A program made the position numbers and the translations under genes. From IMG/VR virus record IMGVR_UViG_3300026250_000242: 64,000 nucleotides of DNA. One strand, written 5' to 3'. This DNA comes from an uncultured virus (IMG/VR IMGVR_UViG_3300026250_000242) (Duplodnaviria; Heunggongvirae; Uroviricota; Caudoviricetes). Below are positions 1-9,643 of the stretch, in pieces. Under the pieces are notes generated by a model. That model searched no databases. It was given only the letters and a program-made list of their open reading frames with translations, and had not been told where the DNA came from. Position 1 is the first letter of the stretch. Each line of letters starts with the position of its first letter.

Positions 1-126
1 CTTCGGATCCAGCTTGTTCATCACTATCGTGATCGCCGCGGTCAAGGTCGTCTTGCCGTGATCGATGTGTCCGATCGTCCCGATGTTGACATGCGGTTTG
101 CTGCGATCAAATTTCTCCTTGGCCAT
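1..126 (-). CDS. tuf: Elongation factor Tu, N-terminus (truncated by window edge)
   Basis: Reverse strand reads [33 protein letters not shown]; lies downstream of the Thr-Tyr-Gly-Thr tRNA cluster. Confidence 0.98.
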   Translation of the reverse strand, partial: MAKEKFDRSKPHVNIGTIGHIDHGKTTLTAAITIVMNKLDPK

Positions 127-210
127 ACTCGCTTCTCCTGACTTGTGCGCCCGATTATTTATTCCCTCTAATAATGACTCTTCCCGACCTGCGCCCCGCA
201 GGGGCCCCGC

Positions 211-286
<76 letters not shown>

Positions 287-293
287 TGGGTAC

Positions 294-369
294 TGGAGCG
301 GGAGACGGGACTCGAACCCGCGACCAATAGCTTGGAAGGCTATGACTCTGCCAACTGAGTTACTCCCGC
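294..369 (-). tRNA. tRNA-Gly(TCC)
   Basis: GCGGGAGTAACTCAG...CTTCCAAG...GGTTCGAGTCC...CCCGCTCCA. Confidence 0.96.
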
Positions 370-378
370 TTAAAAAAA

Positions 379-466
379 TGGTGGAGAGGGAAGGATTCGA
401 ACCTTCGTAGTGCCGAAGCACGCTGGGTTTACAGCCCAGTGCCATTAACCGCTCGACCACCTCTCC
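379..466 (-). tRNA. tRNA-Tyr(GTA)
   Basis: GGAGAGGTGGTCGAGCGG...CTGTAAA..., long variable arm, GGTTCGAATCC...CTCTCCACCA. Confidence 0.96.
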
Positions 467-566
467 ATAATCCGCTGGGCCTGGGCCCGGTTTGCCGCGT
501 GTCGGCTCACCGCCCGCCAGCGAGCCCGCAAACCTTTATTTTATATACCCTTATATCTCTTAAGCC

Positions 567-642
567 TGGAGCTGGCGAGAGGATTTGAACCCCCGACCGG
601 CTGATTACAAATCAGCTGCTCTACCAGCTGAGCTACGCCAGC
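567..642 (-). tRNA. tRNA-Thr(TGT)
   Basis: GCTGGCGTAGCTCAG...TTTGTAATC...GGTTCAAATCC...GCCAGCTCCA. Confidence 0.96.
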
Positions 643-746
643 ATTGGCAAAGTTTTGAGTCTAGCATGGGCAAAACCGCCGCGCAACTACAAAACTTCAA
701 CAAAACTGCAACTTTCACAAGATTAGGACCGGCCCCGGATGCCCCC

Positions 747-1538
747 CTACCGCCGGAAGATATTCCCCTGGTGGTACCGGCTCACGACGTCCGCAAGCCT
801 CCGGTCGAGAAACCTGTAGTGTACCAGATGGGACCGCTGCAGGAGGAAACATAATAGCACTCCCAGCGTCTTGATTCCATAGACGGTGCTGACGCGGAAA
901 TTGACGCTCGACGCCTCCGGGAAATAGCGCGCCTGCACCGGGATCTCCCCGATCCGGAACCCCATGTGGGCGGCCTGGGCGATCATCTGCGAATCGAAGA
1001 CGAAATCGTCGGAATTGAGCAGGAACGGGACCGTCGTCAGGAGCCGCCGGCTGTAGGCGCGAAAACCGCTGTGGCCGTCGGTGAGGCGCGTGCCGAAGAC
1101 GAGGTTCTCGAGCGCCGTCAGCGCCCGGTTCGCCGCGTACTTCCAGACCGGCATCCCCCCTTCGAGCGCGCGCCCGTTGAGGATGCGGGACCCCATGACC
1201 ATGTCCGCCTCGCCCCGGACTATCGGCCCGACGAGCTCGGGCACCAGCCGGGAGTCGTACTGGTGGTCGGGGTGGAGCATGACCACCACGTCGGCCCCCT
1301 CCTTGAGCGCCTCGAGGTAGCACGTCTTCTGATTCCCGCCGTACCCCCGGTTCTGGACGTGGATGACCACCTCGAGCCCGAGCGACCGGGCGATCTCCAC
1401 GGTCTGGTCCTGGCTCACGTCGTCCACGAGGATGATTTTGGCCACCCGCTCCTTCGGGATATCGGCGTAGGTCCGCTCCAGGGTGGCGGCGGCGTTGTAG
1501 GCCGGCAGGACGATGACGATCCGGGGATCCGCATTCAT
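747..1538 (-). CDS. Glycosyltransferase family 2 (DPM1-like), host gene
   Basis: MNADPRIVIVLPAYNAA...LVDDVSQD...NRGYGG...HPDHQY; start placed at ATG 1538 because the longer ORF overlaps tmRNA. Confidence 0.9.
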   Translation of the reverse strand: MNADPRIVIVLPAYNAAATLERTYADIPKERVAKIILVDDVSQDQTVEIARSLGLEVVIHVQNRGYGGNQKTCYLEALKEGADVVVMLHPDHQYDSRLVPELVGPIVRGEADMVMGSRILNGRALEGGMPVWKYAANRALTALENLVFGTRLTDGHSGFRAYSRRLLTTVPFLLNSDDFVFDSQMIAQAAHMGFRIGEIPVQARYFPEASSVNFRVSTVYGIKTLGVLLCFLLQRSHLVHYRFLDRRLADVVSRYHQGNIFRR

Positions 1539-1613
1539 AGGCGCTCGCTGGGTTGAATCCGTTATCCTACACGAGAATCCCCTCCCGCGAAAGGGGGTTG
1601 CGGACGGCATGGT

Positions 1614-1642
1614 TTGCTTTTGCCCCGCGCACACCTTATAAT
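1614..1642 (+). promoter_or_regulatory. sigma70-type promoter of ssrA
   Basis: TTGCTT-17bp-TATAAT about 20 nt upstream of the tmRNA 5' end. Confidence 0.65.
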
Positions 1643-1661
1643 GATACCGACGATCACCAAT

Positions 1662-2011
1662 GGGGGTGCTCTGGATTCGACGGGGGTCATGAGGCGGTGG
1701 AGGCGTGCCGAGTTGTCCGCGACTCGTAAATATCGTGGAAACTAAATATAACTGCTGATAACACACAGTTAGCACTGGCTGCTTAGCAGCCACGTCCCGC
1801 CGCTCTTTCCTGCGAGGGCGGGCCGGGGCGACACACAGCAGGATAGGTTGGGTCCCCTCCTCGTGACTCCGACCGAAACCTAGAGGATAGCGGGCGCGCG
1901 CTCCTGCCGGTTCGTACGTTGCGCTCGCGAAACCTAACGGACCGGATACGCACGTAGTCTTCGCCAGCTGAAGTCCTTCGGACGCGGGTTCGATTCCCGC
2001 CACCTCCACCA
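1662..2011 (+). ncRNA. ssrA: tmRNA; tag peptide (A)ADNTQLALAA encoded at 1754-1786
   Basis: 5' GGGGGTG..GGATTCGACGG, 3' GACGCGGGTTCGATTCCCGCCACCTCCACCA, internal tag ORF ending LALAA-TAG. Confidence 0.96.
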
Positions 2012-2028
2012 TTATTTAGAATGCAACC

Positions 2029-2064
2029 ACGCTCTCTCGGGCAACCGGCCCGAGGGGGCGTTTT
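2029..2064 (+). terminator. Intrinsic terminator after tmRNA
   Basis: ACGCTCTCTCGGGC/GCCCGAGGGGGCGT stem followed by TTTTGCGTTTT. Confidence 0.65.
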
Positions 2065-2580
2065 GCGTTTTGGCCCTTTATTGGCGGGGCTTTGCGCGGT
2101 TTCCCGCCACCCCGGCCTGTGGACTTGCCGTCCGGCATTTCCCCCCAATCTGGCCACATTTCTCCCCGAATCTCTCTGTTCTCTCCAATACCTGTGGACT
2201 GAGTCCGAGGAGACGATTTCGCATAAGACAAGCCATTTCAGTGCCTTATGGCGCTCATCGGTTTTCGCGTTTTGCGAGCGACCATCGAACGGCCTGCCCA
2301 AAAACCTTTACCCGGCGGCGTTTCTCGAACCGGAAGTCCACAGCCTTTTCATGAAAGCCGCATAAACAAAGGCCAAGACGCGATCAGCTTGGAAGCGTTA
2401 CTGACTTTCGCTTCCAGGGCCGGGAAGCGTTTCTTGAGAGGATTTCCTTTTGCGGGCGCAATGACGACAGGCCAGCCCTCGGCTCTACGATCACGAAATG
2501 GCCGCAAGACAGCAAAACGCCGGAGGCGCGGCGTGCGCTTCCGGCGTCTGGGATGAGGGGGATTTCAGAGGGTCAAACGG

Positions 2581-3000
2581 CTACGCGAACCCGAGCGCCT
2601 TGCGCTGCTCGTTCCAATCGTAAGAGAGGACCTTGATCAGTTTCATGTAGGAAAGCCCATCCGGTTCGCGGCCATCGAGAATGGCCTGCGTGATATCCGG
2701 CGCAATGGTGGCGAGACGCAGAACTCGAGCAACATAAGAGGGGTCCTTGCCCAGCGCGTCGGCGAGCTGCTTCGTCGAGCCATACCGGCCTTCGTCGAGA
2801 AGCCGGGTCCAGGCATGGGCGCGGGCCAGGATCGCGACAAGACGTTCCTGGCTCGCAGAATGGTCGCCGGTGCTCGATCCGTCGAGGCCTTCGGGAGCGA
2901 TGATCAGTTTTCGCCCGAAGCGTTTGCGCATCAGCATCGGCACGTGAATCAGCAGGCCCCCGTCGGCTGTGGAGCGGATCGTGACTTTGCCGTCGCTCAT
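2581..3000 (-). CDS. Recombinase-associated HTH protein
   Basis: LARAHAW..LLDEGRYGS...LA......SYVARVLRLATIAPDI..AILDG motif typical of the small gene following DUF2924-linked serine recombinases. Confidence 0.7.
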   Translation of the reverse strand: MSDGKVTIRSTADGGLLIHVPMLMRKRFGRKLIIAPEGLDGSSTGDHSASQERLVAILARAHAWTRLLDEGRYGSTKQLADALGKDPSYVARVLRLATIAPDITQAILDGREPDGLSYMKLIKVLSYDWNEQRKALGFA

Positions 3001-4571
3001 GATTGGCCTCCCCGTTGCCGCGCTTCGTCGGCATAGGCATTCAGATCGGCGACCAGTCCCGCGACACCCACGGCTTTCAGTTTCAGATCGAGTCCATCCG
3101 GCCAGACCGTGATCCGCTCGACCAGCGTCTGAACGATGCGTTGCTTCTCAGTTGGAAATAGCACCTCCCAGAATTCCTCAAGCGAACCGAAGGCCTCGGC
3201 GACGTCATGCTCGGTGATGTTGCTCTGGCCGAGTCCCGCCAGATCGCGCTCGATCCGGTCGAGGTCGTGGCCGACCGAGGATGCCTTTGCGTTCAGTTCC
3301 ATAATCCGGTCGGCGTCGCCGCCGTCACGCACGAGTTGGATCGCCTCGTCCTGAAGCGCTTTCAATTCCGACCTGAGCCGCGTCTGTTCATCGTTCAGGC
3401 GGCGGCGCTCCTCGTCTTCCTGATTCCGGGCGGACATGAACGTTTTGGCGACCAGCGTGGGTGTGCGGAAGACCGCGCCCAGTTGCTCGACGACGACCTT
3501 CTCGATTTCGCCCGCCGCGACACGGCTGACCGGGCACACGCCCGCGCCGCGTTTGGCAGCGGTCTGGCAGACGTAGTAATGATACTGGCGTCCGTGGCGT
3601 TTCGCGTAGGTCGGACTCATGGCGCTGTCGCAATGCCCGCAGCGGATGAGTCGGCGCAGCGGGGAGTTGGAGGTTTGGCGACCGGAAAACCGTCGCGTCC
3701 GGTTGTTGTCGGCCAGCAGTTCCTGCGTCCGATCCCAGAGCGCGCGGTCAAGGATGGCCTCATGCTCGCCGGGGTAAGTGTTGCCGTTGTGTTGCACTTC
3801 GCCGAGATAGAGACGGTTCTTATAGTGGCGATAGAGATGGCCGACGGACCACGGATGCCCGGCGCGATGATTGCCCTTCTTGGTGGTCCAGGACTTGGTG
3901 GTCAGCCCATCGGCGTTCAGTTCCCGTGCGACTTGCAGCGAAGAACCGGTCTGGACAAAGCGTCGGAAGATACGCCGGACGAGTTGCGCCTCACTCTCGT
4001 TGACGACCAGCCGCTTGTTGTCGTAATCCACATCGTAACCAAGCGGCGGCGGCCCTCCGCACCACTTGCCGCGACGCTTTGCGGCGGCGACCTTGTCTCG
4101 GATGCGTTCCCCCGCGATCTCGCGTTCGTATTGAGCGAAGGACATCAGGATGCCGAGCATCAGGCGACCCGACGAGTCGGTGGTGTTGAATTGCTCGGTG
4201 ACCGAGACGAAACTCACGTTTTGCTCTTCGAAGACCTCGACCATGCGGAAGAAATCGAGCAGCGACCGCGACAGCCGGTCGATCTTGTAGACGACAATGA
4301 TATCGACCTCACCGTCCGCGATGTCCTTGAGCAGCATCTTGAGCGCCGGGCGCTCCATCGTCCCGCCAGAGAATCCGCCATCGTCATATTGGCCGGGCGC
4401 CAGTTCCCATCCGCGCGAGGCCTGGCTTCTGATGAACGCCTCGCAGGCTTCGCGCTGGGCGTCGAGGGAGTTGAATTCCTGCTCCAGACCGTCCTCATGA
4501 CTCTTGCGCGTATAGACGGCGCAGCGGACGGTGGCGCGTTCGGTTTGTGGGCGGAGCAAGGTCTCAGGCAT
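2997..4571 (-). CDS. Large serine recombinase (integrase)
   Basis: RCAVYTRKS catalytic motif, YDDGGFSGG.MERPAL, VYKIDRLSRS, recombinase domain, Zn ribbon CGHC...YYVC. Confidence 0.95.
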   Translation of the reverse strand: MPETLLRPQTERATVRCAVYTRKSHEDGLEQEFNSLDAQREACEAFIRSQASRGWELAPGQYDDGGFSGGTMERPALKMLLKDIADGEVDIIVVYKIDRLSRSLLDFFRMVEVFEEQNVSFVSVTEQFNTTDSSGRLMLGILMSFAQYEREIAGERIRDKVAAAKRRGKWCGGPPPLGYDVDYDNKRLVVNESEAQLVRRIFRRFVQTGSSLQVARELNADGLTTKSWTTKKGNHRAGHPWSVGHLYRHYKNRLYLGEVQHNGNTYPGEHEAILDRALWDRTQELLADNNRTRRFSGRQTSNSPLRRLIRCGHCDSAMSPTYAKRHGRQYHYYVCQTAAKRGAGVCPVSRVAAGEIEKVVVEQLGAVFRTPTLVAKTFMSARNQEDEERRRLNDEQTRLRSELKALQDEAIQLVRDGGDADRIMELNAKASSVGHDLDRIERDLAGLGQSNITEHDVAEAFGSLEEFWEVLFPTEKQRIVQTLVERITVWPDGLDLKLKAVGVAGLVADLNAYADEARQRGGQS

Positions 4572-5088
4572 GACGCTTCCCCTTCTTGATGCTCCTGACC
4601 GGCGGGAGTCCGAAGAAGATGCGCCCGCTCCACTTCGTGCCGGTAATGGCGATGGCCACGGCGGTCAGCGAGCGGTAGACCTGCCCGTCATACTTGAAGC
4701 CGCCCTCGACGACGACCACCTCATACTCGACCCCGCGCCACCGACGCTTGAGGCGCGTCCCCGGCACCAGCCGGGCAGGCTCAGGCTTCTTCTGGGCTTT
4801 GGGCTTGCCGACGCAGGCCAGGGGATCAGCCTCGGCGACCTGGGCCAGTTGCTGTTTCGCATTCTCGCTCAGGCCGCCGTAGTACATTTCCTGGATGCGA
4901 TAGGCCAAGCGGCGGATCAGATACTGGCGGTTGTAGGCGGGTGGTTTCGTTCCGTTCAGTTCACGCCACTTCTCCCGCAGTTCGGGGACCTTCATTTTGG
5001 ACAGGGCGGCCAATTGCCGCAGGACCGTTCCCCGCAGGCGATCCGCCCCGTTGCCCCCGTCGTTGTTCAGTTTCTCTGATGCGTTCAT
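4564..5088 (-). CDS. DUF2924-like protein
   Basis: LIRRLAYRIQE..YGGL, PGTRLKRRWRG, YRSLTAVA.AITGTKWSG..FFGL; SD GAAGGAGG upstream of ATG 5088. Confidence 0.85.
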   Translation of the reverse strand: MNASEKLNNDGGNGADRLRGTVLRQLAALSKMKVPELREKWRELNGTKPPAYNRQYLIRRLAYRIQEMYYGGLSENAKQQLAQVAEADPLACVGKPKAQKKPEPARLVPGTRLKRRWRGVEYEVVVVEGGFKYDGQVYRSLTAVAIAITGTKWSGRIFFGLPPVRSIKKGKRHA

Positions 5089-5098
5089 TGGACCTCCT

Positions 5099-5296
5099 TC
5101 ACGCGTTGTCTCGGTCACAATGAACGCTTCGTTCGGGAGTCGAAATCAAGTCCTTCACAGGAGAATGTGGAACTTTCTTCGATGTGGCTGACATGGCCCG
5201 CCGCGCCCGCAGGCGCAGGACGCCGAGGGCCAGGATCGATGCCAGATCGTCCAGCCTTTGAAGGGGGCGTTCCCGTTCTTCATGTGTTTTCTGCAT
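5099..5296 (-). CDS. Small hypothetical protein upstream of DUF2924-like gene
   Basis: MQKTHEERERPLQRLDDLASILALGVLRLRARR; first ORF after the minus-strand motif at 5349-5381. Confidence 0.4.
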   Translation of the reverse strand: MQKTHEERERPLQRLDDLASILALGVLRLRARRAMSATSKKVPHSPVKDLISTPERSVHCDRDNA

Positions 5297-5348
5297 CGGC
5301 TTTCGTCCTCGACTCGGTTTGCTGGCGTCTGGGAGGAGACGCCCCATT

Positions 5349-5381
5349 GGTTACCTACCGGCGAGAGGCAAAAACTGTCGG
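5349..5381 (-). promoter_or_regulatory. Phage bipartite motif copy (putative phage-sigma promoter) facing the recombinase unit
   Basis: Reverse complement CCGACAGTTT-TTGCCTCTCG-CCGGTAGGTAACC, one mismatch to consensus. Confidence 0.7.
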
Positions 5382-5402
5382 TTTTGCGCTTACATTTGGG
5401 GG

Positions 5403-5432
5403 TTGACATGAACGGGTCCGGGTGTTTATATT
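5403..5432 (+). promoter_or_regulatory. sigma70-type promoter for repressor operon
   Basis: TTGACA-18bp-TATATT upstream of the XRE gene. Confidence 0.6.
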
Positions 5433-5511
5433 ATCCTCAACATTGTGCGCGAGGGTCGTAAAGCGCCTCTCGCGCTTCGTTGCTTCGATGAAAGACAGGA
5501 AACGATGAACT

Positions 5512-5892
5512 ATGCCAGGAAACGCTGAGTTCGGAAAACGGATACAGGAACTGCGCAAGAAGAAGATGGAGACCGATCCCTCTTACTCACTCCGCCAGTT
5601 CGCGGCCAAGGTGGGGATCAGCCCCACGTTTGTGAGCAAGATCGAGAATGGGGAGTTCGATCCGCCGAGCGCGGAGAACATCAAGAAGATGGCCGCCCTG
5701 CTGGACTGCAACACCGACGAGCTGCTGGCGCTGGCGGGCAAGGTCGATCCGGACATTTCGGAGATCATCAGAAAGAAGCCGAAGGCCCTGGCCGACTTTC
5801 TGCGCGTGGCCAACGGCCGGAGTGAAGAGGAAATTCGCAAGATGACGGCTCGCATGGTCGATCCAGACAAGGAGGACGAGGACAAGCAGTGA
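5512..5892 (+). CDS. XRE-family HTH repressor (ImmR/CI-like)
   Basis: FGKRIQELRK...SLRQFAAKVGISPTFVSKIENGE..PPS. Confidence 0.9.
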   Translation: MPGNAEFGKRIQELRKKKMETDPSYSLRQFAAKVGISPTFVSKIENGEFDPPSAENIKKMAALLDCNTDELLALAGKVDPDISEIIRKKPKALADFLRVANGRSEEEIRKMTARMVDPDKEDEDKQ

Positions 5893-6599
5893 GCCGTCTG
5901 TATCCAGTCAAGTTTATGCCCAAGCCCCATATCGAGCGAGCGGCCACCGCGCTGATTCATACCTACGCGCGTCAATATGGCCTGGCCGACGATGCGCCGG
6001 TGCCGGTGGACGCCATCCTTGAGTGTTCGCTGGGCCTGACGCTGGAGATCGGCGATCTGGCCGAACGGCTGGGACTAACCGATGTGCTCGGCGCGACGTG
6101 GATCGAGTCCCAGACCGTCATGATCGATGAGTCGCTGGAGCCGACGGACAACCCCTCGAAGGAAGGGCGCTTCAACTTCACGCTGGCCCACGAGATCGGC
6201 CACTGGGAACTGCACCGCCTTCAGATCTGTGATCCTCCGGATCAGCCATCGCTTTTCGATTTCCAGAGCGAGCCGTCCATCGTCTGCCGGTCCACCCAAT
6301 CCAGGGAGCCGATGGAATGGCAGGCGGACTGCTTCGCGGGGTATCTGCTGATGCCCGAGGACCGCGTGTTTCGCGTCTGGGAGCAGGTCTACGGCTCCGC
6401 CGGTCAGTACGTAGCCTTCGAGGAGATCGAGCAACTGAAGGCGCGCTGGGACGACGAACGCCCAACGGTCGAGGTGGCTCGGGAAATGGCCAAGCGGTTC
6501 AACGTCTCCGGCCAGGCAATGCAGATTCGGCTGGAGGACTTGAAACTCATTCTGCCGGAGAAGCCGGAGCCGGATCTGTTTTCGGGAGGCTGGGAATGA
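5889..6599 (+). CDS. ImmA/IrrE-family metallopeptidase (anti-repressor)
   Basis: RFNFTLAHEIGHW (HExxH), EWQADCFAGYLLMP, FNVSGQAM.IRL; translationally coupled to the XRE gene. Confidence 0.92.
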   Translation: MSRLYPVKFMPKPHIERAATALIHTYARQYGLADDAPVPVDAILECSLGLTLEIGDLAERLGLTDVLGATWIESQTVMIDESLEPTDNPSKEGRFNFTLAHEIGHWELHRLQICDPPDQPSLFDFQSEPSIVCRSTQSREPMEWQADCFAGYLLMPEDRVFRVWEQVYGSAGQYVAFEEIEQLKARWDDERPTVEVAREMAKRFNVSGQAMQIRLEDLKLILPEKPEPDLFSGGWE

Positions 6600-6694
6600 C
6601 GCCCGCCTCTCTCTTTTTGTTTTGGATGTTTAGTGTTTATTTCACTATACGGGCCGTGAGTGCGGCTGCGACAACATGAAAGGAGGTTCTGCAA

Positions 6695-7948
6695 ATGCGG
6701 AACGCGTTTAACGAGAGCATGCGCGAAGTCGGCGCCCCACTCGCGGAGTTTTGGGAAAACGACTTGGAACTCGGGCTGGAGGATATCCTGCGCCGACTCA
6801 ACACAAACGGGCACTTGGCCGAGTGGGCTGGCGGCCTGAATGGGCGGCGGGCGGCGATCCTCTGTCGGAACCTTGGTCTCGATGTCGAGGACTCGATCCA
6901 CGCCAGGCGCGAGGCGCTTTGCGAGTGCAATGGGACATTGACACCCTATCATCTCGTCTCGTGCTTCGCCCGCCATCAATCACACGCGGCCATCACCGAA
7001 CTGGCCCAGCGGCGTTTGCCCGAAGAGGTTGCCGAGCAGTGCCGGGTCAACGAAGAGAAGTTCGACGTGCCCGCCCTCCTGTTTGCGCTCTACCGGGAAG
7101 ACCCGATGCTGCTGCGCGACGTGTTTCACTTGAGCAAGATTCACCGCAAGGGATTCGCCCGGATGGAGATGACCACCCAGGCGCGCAAGCCTGGCGATCG
7201 GACGTTTGAGGAATACTTACAGTCCAATGAAGTCTTGCAGGCGTTGCGTCAAGCGGACATCGCTCTCGCCGACGGTCACACAAGCGAGTTCCGCGACGTG
7301 ATCGAAATGGGCGGCAGGCTTCTGGTCTTCGTTCGCCGCGCCGAGCGCCCCGAGCACATCGTTCACGACAACAAGATCATCCACGGGCACCGTCCCGAAT
7401 GGATCATTCTGGATTTCGAGAGCGGCGCCAAGCGCGTGAACATCGCCTCGAAGAGCATCGCCGAATCCCTGGAGATCGCGAACCAGCTGGCTTCCGGCTA
7501 CTTCGGCAAGGAGGTCTCCTACGAGAACGAATCCGAGGTGACCTATGCCAAGCAACTGGAGCGGCTGCTCTCGCGTTTGAAGGACGGCGAGGACAAGAAG
7601 ATGGAGTTCGTGGAATTGGTCTTCGCAAACTCGCCCCTCGACGGTTCCCCAAAACTCAAGATATCCGATCAGAAGGCCATCGGTCCGGCCATCGTTCATT
7701 TCGAGTCGGTCATCGGCGGCCTTCTGGAGCACCTGGGAAATATCGAGAGCATCAAGGTCTGCTTCGCCAAGAAGCGCGTGAGCGTCATTTTCGAGCGAGA
7801 GGAAGACCATGAAGAGGACGAGTTCGTCGTCCGTTACTCCGACCACCGGCTGAATGTTTTCCAGCGGCAGGAATTCGAAAACCACATGAGGCAGGAATAT
7901 GGCATCCCCATCCTCTCGACTGAAAAACGCTTCAAGAAGCAGTCCTGA
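6695..7948 (+). CDS. Hypothetical protein (417 aa)
   Basis: Long ORF with SD AAGGAGG and coding-like codon usage; no recognised motif. Confidence 0.75.
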   Translation: MRNAFNESMREVGAPLAEFWENDLELGLEDILRRLNTNGHLAEWAGGLNGRRAAILCRNLGLDVEDSIHARREALCECNGTLTPYHLVSCFARHQSHAAITELAQRRLPEEVAEQCRVNEEKFDVPALLFALYREDPMLLRDVFHLSKIHRKGFARMEMTTQARKPGDRTFEEYLQSNEVLQALRQADIALADGHTSEFRDVIEMGGRLLVFVRRAERPEHIVHDNKIIHGHRPEWIILDFESGAKRVNIASKSIAESLEIANQLASGYFGKEVSYENESEVTYAKQLERLLSRLKDGEDKKMEFVELVFANSPLDGSPKLKISDQKAIGPAIVHFESVIGGLLEHLGNIESIKVCFAKKRVSVIFEREEDHEEDEFVVRYSDHRLNVFQRQEFENHMRQEYGIPILSTEKRFKKQS

Positions 7949-9092
7949 ACTGCTGGACAGACTCCTCGCCGACGGCACCCAGTCGAAACCTTCGGCGGAG
8001 CTTCGGGAAGCCGCCGACTTGCTTGCCGAACGCGGTCTCATCGAACTCGAGGATCGGCAGTATGTACGATGCGCCAATGCGGAGGACACCGAGGACTTCC
8101 GCTTCGTCAAGAATCGCAGTTGCCGGGGACGAATCTATATCGAGGACGGATTGGACCTCTATGGCGACGACTACAAGTGCCCGGATTGTGACAGGCGAAT
8201 CCTGCCCGGCAAAAAGAGGCACTATGAGGAATGGCGCGTGCGTCTTCTGCCGAACGGAGTCAAAGCCTTCGTCGAGTCCGCCCTGAAAGAGGCGGGCCTG
8301 ACCTGGAAGGAGAAAGCCCCGTGGGTCTTTCGCGTTGATGTGGGCGACGAGGAGGTCTGGCTGTGTATCGTCGACTTCTGCGAATCGTGCCAGCACATGA
8401 CGCGCGAGTGGGCTGTGGCGAACCATAACAAGGCGCTGTGGCTTGTTGTTCATCCCAGGGGCAAGACCGAGCGATTCCTTCAGGAGGATTGGCTGCCCGT
8501 TGTCTCGTTGTCCGAGCTGCTGACCGGCAGCGCCTCTCTCAATTCGCTCCTCCAAGCCAGGGCGGCCTGCAATCCGGCAACCAACCTCGGCAACCCATCG
8601 CTGCCCATCTATACAAAGGGCCGGAGGCATCCCGCGACCTTCGAAACGGAGATGCCTCCCAATCCAGACCGCTTGTTCACGGTGCAGGTCGGCGAACGGG
8701 AGGTCTTCGTCAACGGCTATCGGGTTGTCGCCAGACAATCCAGCACGGCCTTTGCCATCTTCAACATCCTATACAAGCGATTCCTGGCGAGATTCGCGGA
8801 CGATGCGAACGACGAGGACGCGACGGCGATTCCGGCGAAAGAACTCTGTTCACTGCTCTACGACGACACGGGCGGCGAGCCCGCTTCCGAGGAATCGCTG
8901 GGCAAGGCCATTGGACGCATCCGCAAAAACATCGAAAAGGCGATCAAGAAGAACACCGGCATGCCCATCGACGAATGCGACGTCATCGAAACGGTCCGCT
9001 GGAAAGGAATCGGCGAAGGGGAATACGGCTACCGTTTGAACCCGATTTCGGTCGCCATTCGACCTTTCGTTCCCGCGAAACCCGAGACATGA
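7899..9092 (+). CDS. Hypothetical protein with Cys cluster and probable C-terminal winged helix
   Basis: YVRC...SCRGRI...YKCPDC; C-terminal LGKAIGRIRKNIE...IETV...YGYRLNP resembles an OmpR-type wHTH. Confidence 0.65.
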   Translation: MASPSSRLKNASRSSPELLDRLLADGTQSKPSAELREAADLLAERGLIELEDRQYVRCANAEDTEDFRFVKNRSCRGRIYIEDGLDLYGDDYKCPDCDRRILPGKKRHYEEWRVRLLPNGVKAFVESALKEAGLTWKEKAPWVFRVDVGDEEVWLCIVDFCESCQHMTREWAVANHNKALWLVVHPRGKTERFLQEDWLPVVSLSELLTGSASLNSLLQARAACNPATNLGNPSLPIYTKGRRHPATFETEMPPNPDRLFTVQVGEREVFVNGYRVVARQSSTAFAIFNILYKRFLARFADDANDEDATAIPAKELCSLLYDDTGGEPASEESLGKAIGRIRKNIEKAIKKNTGMPIDECDVIETVRWKGIGEGEYGYRLNPISVAIRPFVPAKPET

Positions 9093-9128
9093 CCGGTCGG
9101 ATTTAGACCCGTCCGGTAGAATTTTGCG

Positions 9129-9178
9129 AGCCGGAGAGAAGCCCTGAGAAACATGGGATTCTCTCCGGCTTTTCTTTT
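9129..9178 (+). terminator. Intrinsic terminator
   Basis: AGCCGGAGAGAA/TTCTCTCCGGCT stem followed by TTTCTTTT. Confidence 0.7.
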
Positions 9179-9296
9179 GATACCCGTCGGGTCGGATTCA
9201 GACCTGACCTGCAGGTGGAGGCCTCTTTGGCCGCATTATTTCACCCGTAACGCGGCGAAATAGATGCCGCCGAACTCAACCATCTGGAGGTCAGAT

Positions 9297-9641
9297 ATGA
9301 CAGTTCAAGCCACACTGAAGCGCCCCACCAAAGGGGAACTGAGCGGGGAGCATCGCAGCCTGCTCGAACAGATGCAGGCCCTTAACTACGGCCGGATTCT
9401 CAAGATTCAGGTCCGCGACGGCGCCCCGCATTTCACGCCCATGACCCGGATCGAGCGACAAGTCCGCTTCGGCGGGGACAACCGTCCCCGGCCCGAATGC
9501 GGGCTGGATGATTTCGAACTCAAGGACAAGGTCGTCGAGCTTTTCGACGTCATCGAGCGGATGGGCGACGGGCTCATCCTGAAACTGGAAATCAAGGGCG
9601 GATTGCCCTTCGACATGACCGTCGAAGAGCGCCCCGCCTAA
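9297..9641 (+). CDS. Hypothetical phage protein upstream of the sigma factor
   Basis: SD GGAGG before ATG 9297; LLEQMQALNYGRI....VRDG.P...LEIKGGLPF. Confidence 0.7.
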   Translation: MTVQATLKRPTKGELSGEHRSLLEQMQALNYGRILKIQVRDGAPHFTPMTRIERQVRFGGDNRPRPECGLDDFELKDKVVELFDVIERMGDGLILKLEIKGGLPFDMTVEERPA

Positions 9642-9643
9642 CC

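Noticed and set aside
1539..2012. N-terminal extension of the 421-aa ORF 747..2012
   Set aside because: It is the antisense of tmRNA and its promoter; GT2 similarity begins at Met 1538
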